Shown: positions 58,290-64,000 of the stretch, piece after piece
Position numbering within the stretch: the stretch's first letter is position 1
Layout: every line of letters begins with the position of its first letter
Origin: Polyangiales bacterium
GTDB taxonomy: Bacteria > Myxococcota_A > Polyangia > Polyangiales > Ga0077539
DNA: 64,000 nt
Direction: 5' to 3'
NCBI GenBank assembly: GCA_044229975.1
Contig: JBGARZ010000014.1
Span: 128,001 to 192,000, forward strand
Translations under genes and position numbers: made by a program
Notes under the pieces: model-generated
The model's database searches: none
What the model saw: only the letters and a program-made list of their open reading frames with translations
What the model was told of the DNA's origin: nothing

Positions 58290-58495
58290 AGTTCTGCGTG
58301 CCGTCGACACGCCCGGCAAGGTCGACGCGCTGCGCCTCGGCGCCGACGACTACATGACCAGGCCCTTCTGGCCGGAAGATCTCCTCGAACGCGTCCGCGC
58401 CCGCCTCCGCCGCCCGGCGCTGCGCCGCGGGGCCGCCATCGAGGTGGGCGCGCTGCGTGTCCATCTGGAGGCCCGCGGGGTGACCGGCTTGGCCC
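58290..58495 (+). pseudogene. Internal fragment of an OmpR-family response regulator
   Basis: KVDALRLGADDYMTRPFWPEDLLERVRARLRR...IEVGALRVHLEARGV; no intact N- or C-terminus. Confidence 0.7.
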
Positions 58496-58580
58496 GCTGG
58501 TGGCGCGCGTGCGGCGGCTCACGGCGGCGCCGTCCCGTCGGTGATTGACGACAAGCGCGCGACCCTGTGCAATCCGGTCG

Positions 58581-59324
58581 GTGTCCCAAGGTGCGTCCGA
58601 CGTGGTGGTGGAGGCGCGCGGGCTTACCAAGCGCTTCGGCGATCGGGTCGCCCTCGACGGCCTCGACCTCGCTCTCACGCGCGGCGAGATCTTCGGTCTG
58701 CTCGGACCCAACGGCGCGGGCAAGAGCACGACGCTCAACCTCTTCATGGGCTTCCTCCAGCCCACGGCCGGGACGGCGCGCGTGGCGGGCATCGATTGCT
58801 CCCACGACCCCAGGTCCGTCATGCGCCTCGTGGGGCACCTCCCCGAGGAGCCCGCGCTCTTCGAGAACCTCACCGGCCGCGAGCTCATCTCCTTCGTTCT
58901 CACCATGCGTGGCGAGGACATCCCGTCGCGCTGGTCGGAGGTCGACACCTGCGCCGAGCGTCTGGGCTTCCATCAAGACCTCGATCAGCTCGTGGCGGGC
59001 TACTCCATGGGCATGCGCAAGAAGCTCGCGCTGGTCACGGCGCTCGCCCACGACCCGGCGGTGCTGCTGCTCGACGAGCCCACCAACGGCCTCGACCCGG
59101 TGGTCGCCCGCGAGGTGCGCGCCCTGCTCGAAGAGCGCGCCGCGCGAGGCGTGACGGTGGTGCTCTCGACGCACCTGCTCGACGTGGCGCAGCGGGTCTG
59201 CCATCGCCTCGGGGTCATCGTGAAGGGGCGCCTGCAAGCCGTCGGTGACGCCGCCGAGGTGTGCGCGCAGGCGGGCGGCGCGGAGACGCTGGAGGGGGCG
59301 TTCATGGCGTTGACGGCGCGATGA
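58581..59324 (+). CDS. ABC transporter ATP-binding protein (start approximate)
   Basis: GPNGAGKST, YSMGM, LLDEPTNGLDP, STH. Confidence 0.93.
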   Translation: MSQGASDVVVEARGLTKRFGDRVALDGLDLALTRGEIFGLLGPNGAGKSTTLNLFMGFLQPTAGTARVAGIDCSHDPRSVMRLVGHLPEEPALFENLTGRELISFVLTMRGEDIPSRWSEVDTCAERLGFHQDLDQLVAGYSMGMRKKLALVTALAHDPAVLLLDEPTNGLDPVVAREVRALLEERAARGVTVVLSTHLLDVAQRVCHRLGVIVKGRLQAVGDAAEVCAQAGGAETLEGAFMALTAR

Positions 59325-61519
59325 GCGGGGCGTCCCCGGCGGCGCAGGGGTGGGCGCTCGCGCGGATGTCGTGGCGCGGCGTCGTCAACTCGCTGCGGCA
59401 CCGGCAGGGGGCCGGGGCGCTGGTCGTGTTTCCGCTGCTGCTGACGGTGCTGGTCTTCGAGCTCGCGCGCTTCGGGGGAAGGGGGGCCGACGGCGTCCGG
59501 CGCTTCCTCGCCGCCGCGCCCACCGACAAAGGAACCCACTTCGTCGCCCTCTGGCTCACCGTGATGGCCCTCGCCATCGTGGCGCTCAAGTACGCGCGCG
59601 CCATCCCTGGTCGCGGCGCCCGACCGCTCTTCGACACGCTGCTCTTCCGCTCGCTGCCCGTCTCAGCCGTCACCCGCACGGCGTTTGAGCTGCTCGTCGG
59701 CAGCACCCACTCGGCGGGCTTCGTCGCGCTCGCCTTCGCGCCCGCGCTCTACGGCGTGGTCACCCAGCGACTCGCGGGCGCCACCGCCGTCGCGCTGACC
59801 GCCGCCCTCGCGGTGGGGGTCAACCTCGTGGCGACGCTCGTCGCGCACGCCCTCCACGCGCTCGTGTCTCGATTCCTCGGCGGTCGCGCGCTCGACCTCG
59901 TGCGGGTGGTGACGGCGTGCGCGGGCTTCCTCCTCGTGGGGCTCTTCTCGACGGTGGGGCCCATCGGCGTGGGCTTCGCGCGCACGCTGCGCGTCGGTCG
60001 ACCGGCGCCCGCGTGGAGCGCCGTGCTGCCGCTGCGCGGGCTCGTCCGCTGGCTGCGCTTCGACGACCCCTCCGGGCTCGTCGCGCTCTCCGCTTGGACC
60101 CTCGCGCTGGTGGCGCTCTCGGTCGCCGCGCTCGTGTGGCGGGTGCGCGCTCCGACCGACCTCTCCCTCGACGGCCCGACCTCCCCGACCGGCGCGGGTC
60201 GCTGGGAGGCAGGTCTCTCGGGGTGGCGCGCGGAGTGGCGGATGCTCACCCGCCAGGCGCCCTATCTCGTACTGGCGACGCCCGCGTTCCTGGTCTTCTT
60301 CTTCGCGGTGGTGAAGGGATCGCGCTCGGCGACCGGCGCCGACCTCCCCTTCGTCACGCTGATGGGGCTCATCGGGTGGGCGATCATCGTCCAGGGAACG
60401 GCCCTCACTGGCGCGGCGTCGCGTCGCTGGCGTCGAGTGCTCTGGATTCTGCCCGCCGTGGGTCGCGACCACCGTGACGCGATCCGTTCGCTCGCGCGCA
60501 CGCACCTCACCATGACGGCGGGTCTGTCGCTCGGGGCCTTCCTGCCTTGGTGGTTTCTCCAGCGGCCGTTGTGGTGGTGGTACCCGCGACAGTTCGTCGG
60601 GATGCTGCTGGCCATCGCGGTCGGGCAGTGGGCGCAGTCGGCGGCGCTCTTCCTGCTCATCGACCCGTCGCCCGATCGGCTCACGGGGCTGTCGGTCGGC
60701 GGAGTCTTCGGCGTGCTGGTGACGGCGCTCCCGACGGCGGCGCTGCTGGCGCTGCTCTCGGCGATGCCCTTCGCGCGGTGGCTATCTCTGCTCGCACTGC
60801 TCGCGCTGCTCGCGTGGGCGATGGAGTCGTCGGCCGTGGCGCGGCTGCGCTGGATCCGCGAGCCGACAGGCGACCCCGAGGCGCCGCTGCGGACCTGGCC
60901 CGCGCTGCGAACCTTCGGCATCGCGGGGCTCGCGCAGGTGGTGATCGCGGAGACCGGCGACGCGCTGGGCTTCGGCGCGACGACGACGCTCGTGCTGGCG
61001 CTGGTGGTGTTTGCGGCGGTGCTGCTGCCGCTCGGATGGAGGGGCGCGCGCTCACACGCCGTCGCCGACGCAGTGCGCTGGTCGCTCGGGAGGAGCATCG
61101 CAACGGGCGTCGGCGTCGGCGTGATGAACTTCGGTCTGGCCCTCGGTCTCGCGCGACTTGCGCACAAGGCGGGCGCGGGCGACTCGCCCTTGGCGGCGGC
61201 CTTCACGCAGACGCGCGGGTTCACGCTGGTGGCGGTGGCGCTGACGGCGACGACGGTGATCCCGCTGGCGGAGGAGCTGTTCTTCCGCGGGTGGTTGTTG
61301 CCCGCGCTGCGACGAGAGCTGGGGAGCGCGCGGTCGGCGGTGGCGGTGTCGGCGGCGGTGTTCGCGCTGGTTCACGCGGGCGCGGCGTGGGCGCCGGCGC
61401 TGTGGGCGGGCCTGCTCGCGGGCGCGCTGGTGTTGAAGAGCGGGCGGCTGGCGACCTCGGTGGCGATGCACGTCACCAACAACGCCATGGTCGTACTCGC
61501 GGTGCTCATCGGGCGGTGA
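59321..61519 (+). CDS. ABC permease-like polytopic protein fused to a C-terminal CPBP protease
   Basis: Many TM segments; C-terminal AEELFFRG, FALVH, AMHVTNN; ATGA coupling to the ATPase. Confidence 0.82.
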   Translation: MSGASPAAQGWALARMSWRGVVNSLRHRQGAGALVVFPLLLTVLVFELARFGGRGADGVRRFLAAAPTDKGTHFVALWLTVMALAIVALKYARAIPGRGARPLFDTLLFRSLPVSAVTRTAFELLVGSTHSAGFVALAFAPALYGVVTQRLAGATAVALTAALAVGVNLVATLVAHALHALVSRFLGGRALDLVRVVTACAGFLLVGLFSTVGPIGVGFARTLRVGRPAPAWSAVLPLRGLVRWLRFDDPSGLVALSAWTLALVALSVAALVWRVRAPTDLSLDGPTSPTGAGRWEAGLSGWRAEWRMLTRQAPYLVLATPAFLVFFFAVVKGSRSATGADLPFVTLMGLIGWAIIVQGTALTGAASRRWRRVLWILPAVGRDHRDAIRSLARTHLTMTAGLSLGAFLPWWFLQRPLWWWYPRQFVGMLLAIAVGQWAQSAALFLLIDPSPDRLTGLSVGGVFGVLVTALPTAALLALLSAMPFARWLSLLALLALLAWAMESSAVARLRWIREPTGDPEAPLRTWPALRTFGIAGLAQVVIAETGDALGFGATTTLVLALVVFAAVLLPLGWRGARSHAVADAVRWSLGRSIATGVGVGVMNFGLALGLARLAHKAGAGDSPLAAAFTQTRGFTLVAVALTATTVIPLAEELFFRGWLLPALRRELGSARSAVAVSAAVFALVHAGAAWAPALWAGLLAGALVLKSGRLATSVAMHVTNNAMVVLAVLIGR

Positions 61520-61536
61520 TACGAGTCCCATCCGCC

Positions 61537-62478
61537 ATGGGACAGAAGCTCGACCTCGCGCTCGGTGTCCTCAACGGCGCCGTCGGTGACTACCTCGTTC
61601 GCACGGGCAACGGCCTCGCGCTCGACATGGCCTTCCACCGTGACGGAGCGCCCATTGCGATCACCCGCGCCGCCCTCTCCGCGGCGTACCCCGCGGCCAC
61701 GGCGCGCGTCGTGGTGCTCGTCCACGGCCTCATGAACACCGAGTCCATCTTCGCGATGCCCGACGGTCGCGACTACGGATCGCTCCTCCGCGACGACCTC
61801 GGCTTCACCCCGCTGTACCTCCGTTACAACTCGGGTCGGCCCATCGCCGACAACGGCGCCGCGCTCTCCGCGCTGCTCACCGCCCTCGTCGCGGAGTACC
61901 CGGTTCCGCTCACCGAGGTCGTGCTGCTCGGGTACAGCATGGGCGGCCTCGTCGTGCGCGCCGCCTCCCACGCTGCGTCCGTGGGCGATGCCCCGTGGCT
62001 CCCGCTTGTGCGCAACGCCCTCTACGTCGGGACGCCTCACCGCGGTGCCCCGCTCGAACGCGCAGGCCGCGTGGTGAGCGCGGTGCTCCAGGCGATTCCC
62101 GACCCGTACACGCGCCTCATCGCCGACATCGCCGACCTCCGCAGCGACGGCCTGAAGGACCTCGGCGACGCCGACCTCCGCCACGAAGACCGCGCGCTCC
62201 GCACGGTGCGCTTCACGCTGCGGGACAAGCGGCACCCGGTTCCGTTGTTGCCGTCGATCGCGCATCACCTCGTGGTCGGGTCGCTTACCCACGAGCCGTG
62301 GGTCGCGGCGCTCTTTGGCGACGGGGTGGTCCCGGTGTCGAGCGCCAACGGCGGTGGCGCGCTGGGCGCGGGGCTCGACCCGTCGCGGGTGCGGGTGTTT
62401 CCGGGCCTCGGGCACGGCGCCATCCCGCGCTCGCTGGACGTCTACGCGCAGCTCCGCGCATGGTGCGAGGCGCCATGA
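61537..62478 (+). CDS. PGAP1-like alpha/beta hydrolase (lipase/esterase)
   Basis: LNGAVGDYL, VHGL, LRYNSG, GYSMGG, GTPHRGAPLE, GDGVVP. Confidence 0.88.
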   Translation: MGQKLDLALGVLNGAVGDYLVRTGNGLALDMAFHRDGAPIAITRAALSAAYPAATARVVVLVHGLMNTESIFAMPDGRDYGSLLRDDLGFTPLYLRYNSGRPIADNGAALSALLTALVAEYPVPLTEVVLLGYSMGGLVVRAASHAASVGDAPWLPLVRNALYVGTPHRGAPLERAGRVVSAVLQAIPDPYTRLIADIADLRSDGLKDLGDADLRHEDRALRTVRFTLRDKRHPVPLLPSIAHHLVVGSLTHEPWVAALFGDGVVPVSSANGGGALGAGLDPSRVRVFPGLGHGAIPRSLDVYAQLRAWCEAP

Positions 62479-62771
62479 CCGACACCCGGACGCAGCGATG
62501 GTTGGGCCTCCAACGACTCGTGCAGGACGCCGTCGAGCACGGGGCCACGGCCGTCGAGCGTGTGCACCGCGAGACCGCCGATCGCACCTTCGCGGTGCTG
62601 GAGGCGATTCCCCCCGTGGCCGAGCCCGCGAAGGTCGTGCACAGCGTCTTCGGCCTGGTGCTGACCGGGAGCTACGGCAGCGTGCGGTTGGTCAATCGCG
62701 CCGTGGGCGCGGTGCTGCATGCGGTGATCGAAGAGACGACCCGCGGGGTGGGTGACGCAGGCGAGCAATGA
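62475..62771 (+). CDS. Small helical protein coupled to the PGAP1-like hydrolase
   Basis: ATGA overlap; GL..LV.DAV..G...VE.VH...YG.VR pattern. Confidence 0.75.
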   Translation: MTDTRTQRWLGLQRLVQDAVEHGATAVERVHRETADRTFAVLEAIPPVAEPAKVVHSVFGLVLTGSYGSVRLVNRAVGAVLHAVIEETTRGVGDAGEQ

Positions 62772-62821
62772 TGGTAACCGCCGGTGGGTCGACGACCGCC
62801 GCCGACGGAGTCCATTCAGCG

Positions 62822-64000
62822 ATGCGAACGCCCCTGTTTCGAGTGTTGTCGTTGCTCTCCCTGGCGGGCGTCTCGGCCTGCGGTGTTCCGTCGGAGGGAG
62901 ATGACATCACGGGCGTGGACGACGCGGGTGTCGCGCGCCGCGATGGCTCCGTGGTGCGCGACGCTGGCGTGTCGGGTGCTCCCGCCGCGGTGCTCGAGCT
63001 CTACCTCCTCGACCTCTGGTCGCAGCCGCTCCCGATGGACGACGTCACGCTCACCGTGACGCTCGACGGCCAGCCCGTGACCAGCGTGGAAGGCGCTCAG
63101 CCCTACGTGCGCCGCATCGACCTGCGCACCCACGGCCGCCTCTCGGTGACGCTCTCGGCGCCGCAGCACCGCACCCTCCGCGCCGACCTCGACTTCGACG
63201 GAACCCGCCGCGCCGACGGCCTCACCGCGCGCCTCACGAGCGATGCCACGGCGCAGGGACTCTCGCTCACCCACGGCACGCGCACCGTCTCGGGGCAGAC
63301 CATTCCCCTGCACACCGTTGCGCTCGGGTTGCGGCACCTGTGGTTCTCGGCGCAGGGTCGCCCCGCGCGTCGCGGCAACCGGGTCGATCTCCTCATGGAC
63401 GGTGAGGAGGCATGGCGCACCGTGCACGCCGACCTCCAGACGGCGCGGACCACGGTCAACGTCTCGACCTGGTGGTGGGAGTCGGACTTCGAGCTCATCC
63501 GCGACGCGGCGACGCACCCGACGTCCACCGAAGATCAGCGCCGACGCAACACGGTGCTCTCGGTGCTGGAGCGCTCGCCCGCGCGCAAGCGGGTCATCGT
63601 GGGGCAGTTCCTGTCGATGGACGGCGTGGCCTCGACGCTCTCGTCGGACGCGGCGCTGCGGGCGCACGGGACGCTCGCCAACGACAACTTCGAGTACATG
63701 GGGCAGGCCAACGAGACGCGCGGGATGTTCGACTTCGCCGTCGCGCCGTTCTCCTTCCGCGACCGGGTGCGCGAGACGTTTGCGTCGCTGTCGTCGGCGA
63801 CCTTCGCGTCCGAGTCGTTGGTGCGGAGCGAGGTGCCGGGGCACGCCGTCGACCTCACGCATTGGCCCGTGGTCATGGCCGACGTGCAGGCGGCCTCGTA
63901 TCACCAGAAGTTCATGACCATCGATCAGCGCCTGGCGTTCATCGGCGGGATGAACCTCCGGCGCGTGGACTGGGACACGTCGCGGCACCGGGTGTTCGAG
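62822..64000 (+). CDS. Phospholipase D family lipoprotein (runs off the window end; not in the ORF track)
   Basis: MRTPLFRVLSLLSLAGVSAC lipobox; GNRVDLLMDGEEAW; HKD motif HQKFMTID..AFIGGMN in frame at 63902. Confidence 0.88.
   Translation, partial: MRTPLFRVLSLLSLAGVSACGVPSEGDDITGVDDAGVARRDGSVVRDAGVSGAPAAVLELYLLDLWSQPLPMDDVTLTVTLDGQPVTSVEGAQPYVRRIDLRTHGRLSVTLSAPQHRTLRADLDFDGTRRADGLTARLTSDATAQGLSLTHGTRTVSGQTIPLHTVALGLRHLWFSAQGRPARRGNRVDLLMDGEEAWRTVHADLQTARTTVNVSTWWWESDFELIRDAATHPTSTEDQRRRNTVLSVLERSPARKRVIVGQFLSMDGVASTLSSDAALRAHGTLANDNFEYMGQANETRGMFDFAVAPFSFRDRVRETFASLSSATFASESLVRSEVPGHAVDLTHWPVVMADVQAASYHQKFMTIDQRLAFIGGMNLRRVDWDTSRHRVFE

Overview
Very GC-rich bacterial chromosome segment, most likely Myxococcota (Polyangiales-like). 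The basis is two MYXO-CTERM-type tails, many Cys-rich lipoproteins with Asp-Ala-Gly/Asp-Val linkers and a eukaryote-like Ser/Thr kinase. It holds about 65 genes, including an ECF42-DGPF module, MacAB-TolC with an OmpR/HAMP two-component pair, tmRNA (tag ANDNDVPLAFAA) divergent from an SspB-like adaptor, malQ, pgeF, mtnP, an acyl-CoA ligase, an ABC-CPBP fusion and a PLD lipoprotein. I recognised no integrase, transposase or cas gene. Most notable: a bacterial Insig-like membrane protein, a protein with eukaryote-type PARG motifs, two ~250-270 bp fold-back elements, two repeat arrays beside orphan genes, an unannotated 58-aa zinc-finger protein, several gene relics and two apparent split-domain gene pairs. 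All family calls come from motif recognition by eye; no database searches were run.
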